DNA of 64,000 bases from Camelus ferus (taxonomy: Eukaryota), in assembly GCF_009834535.1 (NCBI RefSeq), contig NC_045717.1, positions 21,886,001 to 21,950,000 on the forward strand, read 5' to 3'. Positions within the stretch are counted from its first letter, which is position 1. The number at the start of each line of letters is the position of its first letter. Positions 1-25,419 of this stretch are shown here, piece after piece. The notes beneath the pieces are model-generated. The model worked only from the letters and a program-made list of their open reading frames with translations, was not told the origin of the DNA and ran no database searches. Made by a program: the position numbers and the translations under genes.

Positions 1-59
1 TCGCTGATATGGCCGTCAGTTAGGGCCAAGGCCTTGATAACCAGTCCCCGAGCTTCGAG

Positions 60-102
60 GGGGCGGGCTCGGGTGCGGGCGCGGCGGGGGCTGCGGCTTC
101 AG
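60..102 (+). promoter_or_regulatory. Candidate KANK3 promoter / non-coding first exon
   Basis: GATAA at ~36-40, GC box GGGGCGGG at ~60-67, CpG-rich stretch ending in a good donor CAG|GTAAAG at 102/103. The ATG-containing exon starts at an acceptor (3114), so an upstream exon is required. Confidence 0.45.
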
Positions 103-1109
103 GTAAAGCACCAGCTTGCGGGGCACCGATGGGGTCCTTGGGGGGGGGTCAGGGGACCCACTGGGACGGGGTCTTCCCTCCCAGCCCCTCTGCGGGCTCA
201 GCGCGCAGCGACGGGGCGGGCGCCTGCCTTCTGGCTGGGACCCCTCCCACACTGGGAGCCCCAGGTGGGCATAGAACAGAATCGGGGGCTCTGGATTCGT
301 GAGACCGCCTTCCTCCCGCCCTTCAGGAGCTAAGTAGGGGGCTTGTTCGCCCTCTAGCACCCCAAACGACTCCGGGACCCTTTCCCAGAGTCAGTCCCGA
401 ACAGCTTGGGGATCCGGGGCCAGCCCCTTGCACTGGACCTGAATGTTGAGGGGGGGTGATTCGGAAACGGTGTTTGGGGGGAGGGACGGACGGCCCCCGG
501 GACTGCAGACAATGGGCCCGGATGGAACCGCCCGGCGGAGTTTCCTGGAGGAAACTGCTCTGTCCCTGTGAGGCCGTCCTGAGGGGACAGGGGGATGAGG
601 GGGTGCTGACCTCAGTACCTCCCCCTCCCACTGTCATCGCCCTTACACTAACCTCAGGGGTCTGAAAGTCCCGCCCCAACATTCTGGGGTGCCACTAGCC
701 AGGGCCTCAATCCAGGAAGACGCTCCCTCCCCAGGCCTGGGATCCGCACAGCACCGCCCGCCGAGTCCCTCAGCCCCCAGGTTTCGTGATCACAGCTCCG
801 AGTCCTGAAATAGTCCCTTGGGGCGGGAGTGGGGGCGTAAGGCGTCGGCTCTGACGGCCTAATGAGGGGGTCTCAGGCAGAGGCTCCGGATCTAGCCATG
901 ACAGCTCGGGCAGGGAGCGGAGTAGAGGGGAGGGCAGTTGCACGCCCCCACTCCTGTGAGGCTGCAGCCCCTGGAGCCGCCGGGGTGTGGGCCTGCTCTC
1001 CCCTTCAGGGACCGGTAGACTGGGAAGGCCGACCCCCTCGGGCTCCCTGCCCCTCCCGAGGAGGGGAGGGCTGTGTATAGAAAGCCATCAAGTGAAGCCT
1101 GCCAGAAAC

Positions 1110-1335
1110 ACCCGCAGGGCTGCCTGGGTTCAAATCCTGCTTCTGCTGGTGTATGACCTTGGGTGGGTCTCTGTCTGCAACTCAGTTTCTCTATATGCAC
1201 AATGGGGGATGGGATAATGATAAGAAAACCTACCTCAGAGGGTTTACCTAGGATTTTTTTTTTAAGTTAACACCCATAAACTGCTTAGAATAGAGGCCAG
1301 CCCATAGTAAATGGCAAAAGTGTTGTTATTATTAC
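1110..1335 (+). mobile_element. MIR SINE (one of many; others near 5470, 6940, 12270, 15200, 21860, 47190-47870, 49300, 54720)
   Basis: gctgcctgggttcaaatcc..tgaccttgg..ctcagtttctc..tgataa..acctacctcagagggtt..gcttagaa core. Confidence 0.7.
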
Positions 1336-3141
1336 TGATCATTCTTGGGGCATCCACCCATTTTTCTGGCCATTCTCTGGGTCCAGCTGCTCAAGCTGGC
1401 TGGGTCTTAGGGATTGTCCACAGCTGGTCTTTTTTTTTTTTTTTTTTTAGTTCCCAGGTTCTCAGATTGGGGTGTGACCAGATCACTGGAGGAGGGGGCT
1501 GACACTTCACTGAGTAGCACAGCCAGCTGTGCATGAGGCAGGCCCAGACCCCTAGGCCCCAGCCCAGGTTTTTTTCCATGACCCAGCTCTTCCCTGGCCG
1601 TTTCCTGAAAACAAATCCTGAGAGGTACTGGCTGTCCTCCGTGATGACCGGCTGCCCTGCTGGCCCGCCCCTCATCGCCCGTGTGAGGGGACAGGAAACA
1701 GCTGCTTCAGGACTGGAAGTTCCCCCCTCCCTTGTCCCCCACCGCCTTGAGGGGGTGGGGGAAATGTCAGGGACCCAGGTTGGACAGAGTTGGTGAAAGG
1801 GAGGGTTCCCCCTGCAGTGGAGCAGAGTGAGTCAGGTGGGTCAATGGATGCTCAATGGCTGGGGGGTGTTAGGCATGTAGGTGGTCATCAGGCATGCAAG
1901 AGGCCAGCAGGGGTGACCAGGAAGGTTACCAGGTGGTTAGCACAGATGGGCAGTAAATGAGGGCAAGTACAGACTGGGTCCTGCCGGTGGAGGGCTGGAC
2001 AGACTAGAGGTCCCCAGATAAGCAGAGCCCACTCTGAGGGCATTTCCCGTAGGCAATTGACTTCATCGCTTTATGCCTTAGTTTTCCCATCTGGAAGAGG
2101 GGGCACCATCCTGCCTGCAGGATTGTATGTGTGGGGTTTACATTTAATCAGGCAGGGAATACAGTAGGCACTCACTACAAGCTGCTTTCCCTTCCCTGAG
2201 GGTGTTTCATGTGGGTTCTTGAAAGCTCCAGATTTCCTACCATGTGCTTTCTGAATCAAAGTTTTGGATTCGATATTTGTCCTCATTAAATATCACATTA
2301 ATAGATGTGGCCCAACCTCCCTCAGTTTCTTAGAGCCTCCATCATGTCACCCAAAGAGTAACTCTCCCTTTAGCCCCAAGCTCGGCCGCAGCTCTGACAA
2401 CCTGGGTGCTTGTGGTTCCACTACAACCTCTTACAAGCCAAGGGCAGAGCCCTGTGGCACTCCACTAGAGACATTCCAGGGAGCCTAGTTTCCACTGATT
2501 TGCATCCCCTTGGTGCATCTGGCCCACAGCTCTCTATCATTCCTAAAGGATCGCACAAGTGACGTTGGTATAAATTCAGATGTACAATTATATCTTGTTT
2601 GCACTCTAAGGGAAAAAATGTAAGAAATTCAGTTTTTGGTTTTTTGTTTTTGTTTTAGTTTGTAGAATCTGACCAGATGAGTTTTGAATGAGCCCACAAA
2701 GGGCTTCCAACTCTCACCTTCCTCTTCTGAAGGTTGGCACTCCACCCCTGTGAGCATCAGTTTCTAAATTTTCCCCAAGGACTGACAGAAAACTCAGCAG
2801 GTCTGGAATGCACCTCCCCCTCCCCAACTCTTGTTCTTTTGACTGCCTTCCTCTCTTTTCCTTTTAATATCTTTCCTGCCTCCTCCTGCCCAGTGGACAG
2901 AGGCCTGGCATCTGGGGGGGGTGTCCCCCCATTCATTCATTCCAAAGTTTCAAGGCCACTGGAGGGAGGAGGGAGGAGAAGTCCTTTGTGCGCAGGTGGG
3001 TGGGTGGAGAGGACCTCTTGGGTCTACTCACTCAGAGTCCAGGCTGACCCCAGGGGCACAGCCAGCAGGACTGGACCCAGCCCCCGACTCACCCCTCTGG
3101 GGGCCTTTTTCAGGGTGTGTCTGGCAGCTACTCCAAGAAAC

Positions 3142-9822
<6,681 letters not shown>

Positions 9823-10049
9823 CTGGCCTGACTCGCTGAACCCAGAATGGGGGAGAGACCTCTCCCTCCCCCACCTCAGCCTCTGGGCATAGCAGGGACC
9901 AGGGGTTGCATCCAGATGCTAGCCCTAGACCAAAAGGATGGCTGGGATGGCTCAGTGGCCAGAGGGGCTCACCTGGAACTCTGCAGGGTGAGGTGGGGGC
10001 TGAGAAGTGATACAACCCTAGTCCACCCACTTCTCCAGCCTTCTACCCT

Positions 10050-10055
10050 AATAAA
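10050..10055 (+). terminator. KANK3 polyadenylation signal
   Basis: AATAAA ~230 nt after the KANK3 stop codon, followed by a T/GT-rich tract. Confidence 0.75.
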
Positions 10056-10246
10056 ACATTCCTAACTCAGTTTGTGTTGAGATCCATGACACATAGTTCT
10101 CTCTCTCCTCAAAGAGTAATGCCTTGTTGGGAAAACTACTCGCCACGGGGTGGATCAGTGCCCACCTGCGGCGGCCCCACAGGAGGATTTTATAAGCCTA
10201 GTGACAATGCAGACAAAACCCCCAAGTTTACATACAATATAAATGC

Positions 10247-10252
10247 TTTATT
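10247..10252 (-). terminator. RPS28 polyadenylation signal
   Basis: TTTATT on + (AATAAA on -) within the non-coding last exon (~10230-10312, acceptor at 10313-10314), which resembles the RPS28 3' UTR. Confidence 0.8.
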
Positions 10253-10519
10253 AACTAACAGTCAGGAGATCATCCTTGTGGGCCAAGTGGCCAGACCCAG
10301 ACATCCAGGACCCTGTAAACAAATGGAACCATGAGATGCTTAACAGCCCCAGCCCTCTCAACTGGTAACCCCTATTTTGCCAACCATACCCCTCCTACAC
10401 ATCCCACCACGAAGAGTCCCTCACCCGTGGGCATGGCGATAAACCTCCCTACCACCAACCAAGAGTCTAACGGTGACCCGCTGTTTTTCACTCCAGTCAT
10501 GCACTCACTAGCCACAATT

Positions 10520-16441
<5,922 letters not shown>

Positions 16442-16544
16442 CCTTGTGCCCTGGGGTACCTGGCTAAGCCCTCAGAGCCACCTGAGTGCTTCCCCCTCCG
16501 TGGACTCCTTGGATTCCCTCTGGGGAGAACGTGATGTAATTTAT

Positions 16545-16550
16545 AATAAA
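16545..16550 (+). terminator. NDUFA7 polyadenylation signal
   Basis: AATAAA ~100 nt after the stop codon. Confidence 0.8.
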
Positions 16551-16685
16551 AATGTATATTGAGTTCTCCAGGATTGCTTCTGTTTTTACTTTTGAAGGGA
16601 CCCACAGGCTTACTTGGATTTCAGGGTAAAGTTGGTGCTGAATCTCTTTCTTTTTTTTAAATATTTTATCTTTTTATTTGTTTTT

Positions 16686-16803
16686 GGGGGGAAGTAATTA
16701 GGTTTATTTATTTACTTATTTAAGTTAATGGAGGTACTGGGGATTGAACCCAGGACCTCATGTATGCTAAGCAGGCACGCTACCACTGAGCTCTGCCCTC
16801 CCC
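16686..16803 (-). mobile_element. tRNA-Ala-derived camelid-type SINE (vic-1-like)
   Basis: Reverse complement gives a GGGGAGGG..AGCTCAGTGGTAG..CTTAGCAT..GAGGTCCTGGGTTCAATCCCCAGTACCTCCA head plus an AT-rich/CCTAATTAC tail. Confidence 0.85.
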
Positions 16804-18627
16804 GCTGGTGCTGAATCTCAATCCCATGAGAGCTCCAGGAGCAGGGGAGGACAATGATTCTCAAGCTCCAGGATGACATGTCACTGGGCACAGAGATGTC
16901 ACCACCCCTTCCCTGAGGGACTGGCTCTCACCACGAGAACAGCGGAGTGGGTTCCAGGACCTCAGGGTATTTGTGGAGCACTGACTGGAAAGGCCAGGGG
17001 GCCGGAACAGACACTGCTCACTCCCCTCTCCCACTCGGGAGAACTCCCCTAGCCAAGGCTCACGTGGACAGTCACCGGCCCCCTCTCACTGTATCTCCCG
17101 CCTGACATTGACCACCCTGCCGCTCAGCTCAGCAGGGACAGTAGGGGACAATGAGGTGGCTCATATGGAAGGCTCACCTGGGACCAGTGGGGAAGACCTT
17201 GAGCCAGAAAGCCAGAAACCATTGTGCTCCAGCCTGGGGGGCAAGGCGGAGTCAGCCCAAGAGAGGAAGTGACCTCCATCTGGTTGTGGGGAGTGAAGGG
17301 GAGCTGCGCAGTGGCCTCAAGTGGGGAATGTTGTGGGGGCCCGTCCCACCCTCAAGCTTGGAGCAAGGCAGGAGAAGAGTCAGAGTTCTAGGCAAGAGGT
17401 ATAAGTGCCCCAGGAATAGGTGGTACAGATGCTAAATGCTCATCTGAAGGAAAAAGCCCCTAGGAAGGCTTCCTGGAGGAGGTGGGATTCTGGTTGGCAC
17501 AAAGGACGAATCGGATTCAGTAAGATCAGGAGAGAGAGGAAGGCTGGGCAGAGTGTGCAGAGGCCACAAGGAGGGTCACATTGGGGGACATCTAAAGACC
17601 CCAGGCAAGGCGTGCCATCAAAGGTTTCTGAGTAAAGTTTCATGACCCAGACTTGAAATCTGGAAAGGGGGTGCAGAAGGAATGAAGGCAGACACCTCCA
17701 GTGTGGGGAGACCAGGAAACCCCTCAGCTCACTGAGAGCTGGTTCCTAACCCAGCCGCGGATGCGTCTGCACTCAACCTCTACACGTTGTCAGTTTCTTC
17801 TTCAACATCCCTCCCTGGGCCCCAGGTCCCAACCTGAGCCTCACAGGTGGAGCAGGACACTCCCCCCCCCAACCCCCCCCCCGCAGGTGGGCAGTCCTAT
17901 TTGCCGCCCTTTCCGGCTGCCTCTGCGCCAGTGCACTTTTACCTCTTACCCTATTGCTCCTGGGAATTGGAGATCATGATATACAAATAGCAGTTCTAAC
18001 CTCCAACATTTTCGAATAGTAAGCACGCCATCAACCTGCAAATAGAGCGCCTTCTGTGAAAATCTGGACCTTTTAGTGTTGCTTCACAGGAAACCTGGGG
18101 GTAGCGAACACTTGCACAGATGTCTCCACGCTGAGGACAGTGACTTGTGCGGGGGCCCTGCTGGCAGCAGTGCTGCTTCTCCTGAGGGCAGAGCTGTAGA
18201 TAAAATATTTATTTCCCAGAAGAACATACAGCAGCCAGTTGACTAAAAAAACCCTCAGAAGGTTTGTATTTTGTGTGCCTAGGGAATGAGTGTGAGAGGA
18301 GGAAATCCAGTCTACCTTTGGAGGTCTTGCTCCAAAAGTAGAGTGTAAGACACACCTCTCTGGGAGGGGGTCTATAAGGACCAAGAGACAGTGAGTGTTG
18401 GTGAGGAGATCCACGATTGTTCAAGGAACAGAGGACCCAGGATGAAAGCCAAGAACTGGACATTTCCATCATCTATTCATCTACTATGTTTAAGAGGCTA
18501 CTATGCATCAGGCTCTAATCTAGGCACTGGGGCTCCAAGGAGCAACACAGCATTCCCATCTTCCTGGGCCTGACGTTCTAATGGGGAATTACAATAAACC
18601 AAAGGAAGTAAATAAAATATATAATGT

Positions 18628-19065
18628 CAGGTGTTTGCAGCAACATGGATGGAACTAGACATCATCATTCTAAGTGAACTAAGGCAGAAAGAGAAAGAAA
18701 AATACCATATGATAACACTGATGTGAAATCTTAAAAAAAAAAAAGACACAAATGAACTTATTTACAAAACAGAAACACTCACAGACACAGAAAACAAACT
18801 CAGGGTTACCAGGGGGGAAAGGGGATGGGAAGGGATAAATTGGGAGTTCCAGATTTGCAGATACTAACTACTATATGTAAAACAGATAAACAAGTTTCTT
18901 CTGTGTAGCACAGGGAACTATATTGAATCTTGTAGTAACCTATAATGGAAAAGAATTTGAAAATGAGTATATATACGTATATATATGATTGAAACATGCT
19001 GTACACCAGAAATGGCCACAACACTGTAAACTGACTATATTCCAATTTTTAAAAAATGTAAAATA
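18628..19065 (+). mobile_element. L1 3' end (ORF2 tail plus 3' UTR)
   Basis: tttgcagcaacatggatggaactaga..ctaagtgaa..aaaacagaaacactcacagac..agcacagggaactat.. ending in an A-rich tail. Confidence 0.85.
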
Positions 19066-19339
19066 AAAAGTCAAGTGCACAAAAGAAGCAGGGGGGGCAG
19101 GGGGAGGGAGGGGATAGAGAGTGCCTGAGGTGAGTGGCTGCCATATTAAACAGGATAACTAAGCATCAACATTTGGTGCAGGATGCATTGGAAGGTTAAA
19201 TATTTTAAATAGACACCGGCAAATTTGTGTGCATTTCCAGAAGTTTCTAATTTAAAATAGGCTGCATACCTTTCGATGTACCCTGACACTGGGAAAAGTG
19301 GGAGAGAGCCTCAAATCGTGAGCCCCCCGTATTCAGATA

Positions 19340-19490
19340 TTTACGGTAGCCATAGCTCGCGGCCACCGGGGACCTCTGGCTTCGGGCCCCGCCTCAGACC
19401 TGTGCGCATGCGTGCGCGGAGATACAAGAGCGCCCGGGACCGCGCGGGGCCTGAGCTGGAGCCGGGCCGGGCAATTCGGTTAGCGGCAGG
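19340..19490 (+). promoter_or_regulatory. CD320 CpG-island promoter with NRF1-type motif
   Basis: CpG-rich region upstream of the ATG, with a GC box (CCCCGCC ~19387-19393) and TGCGCATGCG at 19403-19412. Confidence 0.65.
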
Positions 19491-22400
19491 ATGGCGCGCG
19501 GCCGAGTGCGGCAGACAACAGCCCTGGGCCTGGCGCTGCGGCTGCTGCTCGGCTTCGGGCTGGGCGGTGAGGCCGTCCCGACCTCGGTCCCGACCTGGTC
19601 CTTCACCCAGGCCCCAGGTGAGTGCACTCCGTGCAGTCCACGCGCCCTCCACTCCAGTAGCCTAGCTCCGCCCCCGCCCGCCAGCAACGCCTCATCATTG
19701 GCTGCGCTGCACGTCTGTCCCGGACATTCCCCCCTCACGCGGCTTTGAGGGGCACCTGGCCCGCCTGCAAGCTATCCCAAATGGGGGATCCTCCCGCTGG
19801 GTTGCTCTGCCCACCTTTGACTACCCTGCTTCAGCTCTGCTCACACCCCATACCTGCCCTGCTTTGTCATGCCTCATTGTCACCTCTAAGCCGCCCTTCA
19901 CCCCAGAGTGGGCAGGAAATCTCGTTGCACGTTCTGGTTGTACAAACTCCAACCATACGGGGTTAGTCACCCGGCACCTCCTGCAGCCTTCCTTGCCCTG
20001 GCGTCTGAGCTTGGAGCCCTGTGGCCGAGTTCCCTTGGTGACCGTCTCCCGCCTTCCCAATCTCAGCACCTTCCTCCTCCGACCTTAGACAAAGAAAGGT
20101 CTCCCTTCCCGTGACCCCAAGCCCTTGGACAAGTTCACCCTGGCCTAAGTGATGTTGGTGGCCCTCTCGGAGGTTCCCAGAGGCAGCTGGGACCTTTAGA
20201 GTGACCTCCCTGTGCTCACAGGTGCCCCTGACTTTCAGCTGTGAGCTCAGGTTCACACACTTAGCCACTTCTCCATGGGTTCCCGTCTTCTCTGGTTATC
20301 CCCACCTCACACCAAAGCCCCTGCCTTTTCAGGCTAAATGTTCCTGGTTCCTTCAAGGAGGCAAGACTCACTTAACCAAGTGCCAAACTCTTTACACACA
20401 AGCAGTCTCTTCTCTTCAGGACACTGAGGTAGGGACTCCTAGCATGCCCTTTTAACAGGTGAGGAAATTGAGGCTGGGAAGGGAAATCACTGGTGGCTCC
20501 AAACCACAGCCCTGTGAGGCTGGGTCCCCTCTGCTCTGCTGCCCACTTTGCAGGACACACACTCCAGCAGGCCAGGGAGGGAGGTTAGAGGTTGCCACTG
20601 AGAGTGGCTAGAGTGGTCTGGAGAGGAGGCCACACCTGTCGGCCGCCAGACCCCCGTGGGCAGGGAAGGAAGTCAGCTCCAGGTTGTCCATGGCTCCTCC
20701 TCGCTCCACAGAGCTCAGGGACTATGGAACCCACAGGTGCAGTTGGGCCTGGAGGCCGGCCTGCAGAGGGGCTGGCAGTGGGGAGTGGGGGCCTTGGAGG
20801 CTTGGGCTCCTGTGGTGGATGGGGTAGGAGGACCAGGATCTAATGGAGTGCGGCTAGGCTGGGGCCAAGCCAGGTATCTGGCACCAGCTCTGCTGCCCCC
20901 AGGAGGAAGCCATAAAGGCCACACCCTTCCTCTGTCCCAAGACTCCTGCGTGCTGGCCCAGCTTCCAAAATTCTTCTGTGTTTCTTCTGCTTAGGGGTCC
21001 AGGAAGGCTCAGATCTCCCCTGGACTCGTCCCAGACCATGGTGTGATCTGGGTCCATTTATCATTAGGCACTGCCTTGGGCTTACAATCAAAAGGTCATG
21101 GTCCTAACCACCACTTAGTGTCCTGTCTACGTGGGTACCAGTTCAAGGGCTATTGTTCTAAATGGGAGGCGGAGCTTCAGTGGTCTCTGAGATGGGATGT
21201 GAGACCCCTCCCAGGAAATAAGCTGAGACGGGAAGTCTGAGGAGGAAATCAGAACTGCAGAGGGAAGGGAGGAAAGGGTGTCCTGAGCTGGGGAACAGCA
21301 TGGGCAAAAGCCCTGGAGTGGAATCCAGCCAGGTCTCTTGGAAAAGCAGCAAGGAGGCCAGGTCAGAGGGAGAAGAAGAGGAGGTGAGGTCTAGGAAGAG
21401 TTCAGGGCTGGCCAGACCTTGCTGGCCACACGGAGGATGTATGTAGGGTTTGGTTGTGAGAGAGTCAGGGGACTGAGGGATGGTTTTGAGCAAAGGGGAG
21501 GCAAAGATGAGTGACCGAATGGGATGACGCTGAGAGGTCTCTGGTGTCTGAGTGGAGATGGGGTTAGGAATATGGGGAGAAGTTTCCGCATTCACGATGG
21601 GGAAAGCAGTCAGATCTGAGAGGAATTTAGCAGGTGAGTCAACAAGCCATGGTGACTAAGCAGGTCCTCTACCCAAGGCCTCAGTTTCCCTTTTGCTAAG
21701 CAGCTGGGATAAAACAGGCTTTCCTGACCCTGACCGTGGACCTCAGCCAGGACAGGCTCTGAGATGGCCCCTCCCCCAGTCTGTTTAAGCCCCGAACTTG
21801 GAGAGCCTCCTGGGGAGACCATGTGGCCATTTGGAGTTGGGTAAAGACCCCGGTGTCAGTGAGACCTGGGTTCGAACCCTGACTTTGCCGCCAGCTTGCA
21901 GCCTAGGGCTTACCTCTCCTAAGTGCTTTCTGCAGAATGGGCATGGCGGTAGAATCTGCCCATGTAGGGCCCTTAGTGTGTCTGTGAACTGCTCGGCTCC
22001 AAGCCAAGTCGGTGTCCTGAGCAAAGGGTGACCACCAGTGTAGTTCCTGGGACCTGACCTGTCTCCTGGTGGTCACAGCCTGCTTCTAGAGGAGGGGTCG
22101 GAGTGCCCAGGGCTCACTGGTGTGCGTCTCTCAGACCCCAGCGCAGGCTTGTGCCCGTCCACCGAATTCCAGTGCCGGACCGAGGGCCACTGCATACCCC
22201 TTATGTGGCGCTGCGACGGTGACCAGGACTGCCCAGATGGCAGTGATGAGGAGGAGTGCAGTGAGTGGCCATGCCCTGGGGTGCGGGGCTTGCAAGGGGC
22301 AGGGCCACGGAGAGGAGGTGCTTGTGGAGGGGGTGTGGCTTTCAGGCAAGGCACTCTAGGTGGAGACGGGGTGGGCGGGGCCTGCATGGAGGGAGGGAGG

Positions 22401-23583
22401 TGTGGATCTCCGGGTTAAGAGGTGGGTTTACAAGGAGGCAGAGTTAGTGGTGTCTTGGAAGAAAGGGCTTACAGGGAGGTGGGTCCTTGGAAGGTGGGGC
22501 TAGCAGAAACAGGGCGGAACCTTTAGGATGGGAGGGCCTTATGGGGTCAGTTGTTCTTGGAAGGTGGGGTTTGCTGGGGCTGGGCAGTGGAAAATACCTG
22601 GCCCTCTTGGGTGGGTGTTTTGGGACCTGACTGAGCCTGTACCCCAGGTATTGAGCCACCCACTGGCAGCGCCTGCTCTTGTGACAGCCTCGCTGACTGC
22701 CCTGGTGGCATTAACAAGAATGTCAACTGCGGGCCCCCACTCTGCCCGGAGGGGGAGCTGCACTGCGCGCTGGGCGATGCCTGCATCCCACACACATGGC
22801 TTTGCGATGGCCACCCGGACTGCTCTGACTCCAGTGACGAGCTTGGCTGTGGTGTGTGCCTGTGGCGTGGGGTGGGTCGGTTGTTAGACAGGGATGCCTA
22901 GCGCCTTCCAGTGTATGACGGGGCTGGGAGTGTGGACACGTGTGTCTGCCTGTGTCTACATTCCCATGGGGGCTGTGGGGGGACCCTCGGGCAGCAGGGC
23001 GCACCATCCTCACTCAGTCTGGGACGGAGGGTGAGCCCCCAAGTCCGCCCTGGGCACCTGGAACACGAGTTCATCCTCCCAGGTCCTGGGGGCTCCCTCC
23101 GCAGCACCTGAGTGCCTGGACTTATTGCAGGAACCAAGCCCCTCCAGGAAGGGAGTGCCACGTCCATGGGGACCTCTGTGACCCTGGAGAGTATCCCTTA
23201 TCTCAGGAATTCCACAGTCACCCCTATCAAGGACCAGGACTCAGTTCAGTCTGGAAACCGAAGCTCCTATGGGGTTATTGCAGCTGCTGGTAAGAGGAAC
23301 AGTCCCTCCCCCTCCTGGGGCTTGGAGCAGCTGCTCCTGGGAGCGGACAGGCTGCAGACTCTCCTTTCCCATGTGTAGGAGCTTGGTGGTTGGGGGAGGC
23401 TCCTGCCACCCCCTCACCCACTCCTGTCTCTCTTCCCCCACAGTGGTGCTAAGTGTAGGTCTGGCGGCTGCCATCCTCTTTGTGTTGTTGCGGCTCTATG
23501 CCCAGGGATGCCTGTCCTCACTGGGGCTGCTGGTGGCTGTGAAGGGGTCTCTGCATTCAGAGAGGATGACCTCAGTGCTCTGA
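19491..23583 (+). CDS. CD320: Transcobalamin receptor CD320, 251 aa
   Basis: Coding exons 19491-19617 (signal peptide), 22135-22260 (LDLR-A1 [36 protein letters not shown]), 22648-22851 (Cys linker plus LDLR-A2 ...[18 protein letters not shown]), 23131-23289 (Ser/Thr stalk) and 23444-23583 (TM plus tail); 756 nt, phases consistent. Confidence 0.95.
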
Positions 23584-23845
23584 GGATAAGCTCTGGCCAC
23601 CAGATCTCTGGTCTCCGACTATGCCAGGTATGGGGACACACACAGTGGCTGCTGGCTCAACAGGAGAAGACCTGGGTTCTTCTGGCCACGTGGTGCTGAG
23701 TACCTGAGCTCCTGCAGATGTGGCCCTGGAGGCTGAGAGCATCCAGACCCTCCCCTGGACATGAGGAGCCTGGATGGGGGACATGCCACAGCCAGAACCG
23801 AGGAGCTGCCCCTAGCCCCTACTGCTGCCTACTCTGAGGGTGGTA

Positions 23846-23851
23846 ATTAAA
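23846..23851 (+). terminator. CD320 polyadenylation signal (ATTAAA variant)
   Basis: ATTAAA ~260 nt after the stop codon. Confidence 0.6.
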
Positions 23852-24924
23852 GTTACTTCACATCGTCTGCCTGTCTCTGGGCCTCTGTCTCCCTCTGCCA
23901 GGGTAGCCTGGGGGTCTCTGCTACAGCCCCTCCTCTGTGGTGGAGCGCCCAGCCATAAAAGGTAGGAGCTGGGGACCCAGCCCTGGGTGCCTGCTGGGCC
24001 ACTCTGCCCCTGGCTCCCTGGGATCCAGAGCAGGGAACAGCAGGGGCGGGGCCGTAGGACAGGCTTCTGCGAAGAGGAGAAGGACTGGGGCAATGCCTCC
24101 TGGAGTCCTGGGCCAGGAGACCCCCTCATCTGTCAGGTCTTCTTCCTCTTTGAGATGGAAGCTGGTTGGTCTCAACTCTGTTTCAAAATGTAGGCTTTAT
24201 GTGATGCAGGTACAATGAGGCAAACATATCAGAACATGATGGACAGTCACAAGATGCTTTGTTACTCACAGAGCCCAGAAGGAGGGGCAGAGCCTGCCAT
24301 GCAGGGCTACCCGGGGAAGCACCAGGGTCAGATAGGAGGCAGGGGGGAGAGGAAACAACATGGGCGAGAGCTTTTATTGTGGTTTCCACCAGAAGAAATG
24401 GGTGAGGCAGGGTGAACAGGCAGGGAAATGACTAGTTTGAATAATTTCCGGGAGCCCTGGGGGGGTCCTCACTGACTGTTGTCTGGCCCATCATCAGGGA
24501 TTCTCTCGGAGAGCAATGCCTGGGGCACTCACCTCCTACTTGCCACAAGCCCTTTCCTGACTGATTGGAGCCAGCTTTGTGGCTGGACCGGCCCTTCTCT
24601 GTCTTATAATGATCGCAGGATGTACTTCAGCAGAACCCGTCAGGGATCTCTGAGGGACAAGATCTATTACTCACAGGTCCTGGAGGGTACATGCAGGTCC
24701 CTGAGGGCTCTGCAGCATGATCGCGGGGAGGGAGGAAGGGAGGGAGGCCAGACCTGGGGCTCTGCCTTTGTTAGAGTCTAAGGTGGGAGTTTCGTGGGTT
24801 CATTCTTTACTGGTGAATTTAAAGCATAAGAGCGGGAATTAGGGTGCAGGAAGGGAAGACAGGTCACTCAGGGGGTCAATTATCCAGGTTCCCCAGAGCT
24901 TTAAAAATTTTTTTTTTAGTTAAA

Positions 24925-25065
24925 GGTGGGAGGGTATAGCTCAATGAGAGAGCACGTGGTTAGCATGCATGAAGTCCTGGGTTCAATCCCCGGTACCTCC
25001 ATCAAGTGAATAAATAAATAAGTGAACCTAATTACCTCCCCGCCTCAAACAAGAAAAAAAGAAAA
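24925..25065 (+). mobile_element. vic-1-like SINE
   Basis: tRNA-Ala-like head with A/B boxes, then AATAAATAAA..CCTAATTACCTCCCC tail. Confidence 0.85.
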
Positions 25066-25162
25066 TTAATTTTAAAAATTTTAATTTAAAAAATTTTTAA
25101 ATTGAACTATAGCTGATTTACAATGTTGTGTTAGTTTCAGGTGTACAGCAAAGTGATTCAGT

Positions 25163-25194
<32 letters not shown>

Positions 25195-25301
25195 GATTCT
25201 TTTTCAGGTTCTTTTCCATTATTGGTCATTACAAGATATTGAATATAGTTCCCTGTGCTATACAGTAGAAACTTTTTTTTTTTTCTAAAAAATTTTTTTT
25301 T

Positions 25302-25419
25302 GGATGGGGAGGTAGTTAGGTTTTTTATTAATTTGTTTTTAATGGAGGGACTGAGAGTTGAACCCTGGGCCTTGGGCATGCTAAGCACACACTCTACCAC
25401 TGGGCTGTACCCTCCCCCC
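25302..25419 (-). mobile_element. vic-1-like SINE nested in an antisense L1 3' fragment (~25085-25460)
   Basis: Same head and tail on - strand, flanked by L1 3' UTR-like text (..ttccctgtgctatacagtag..). Confidence 0.8.
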
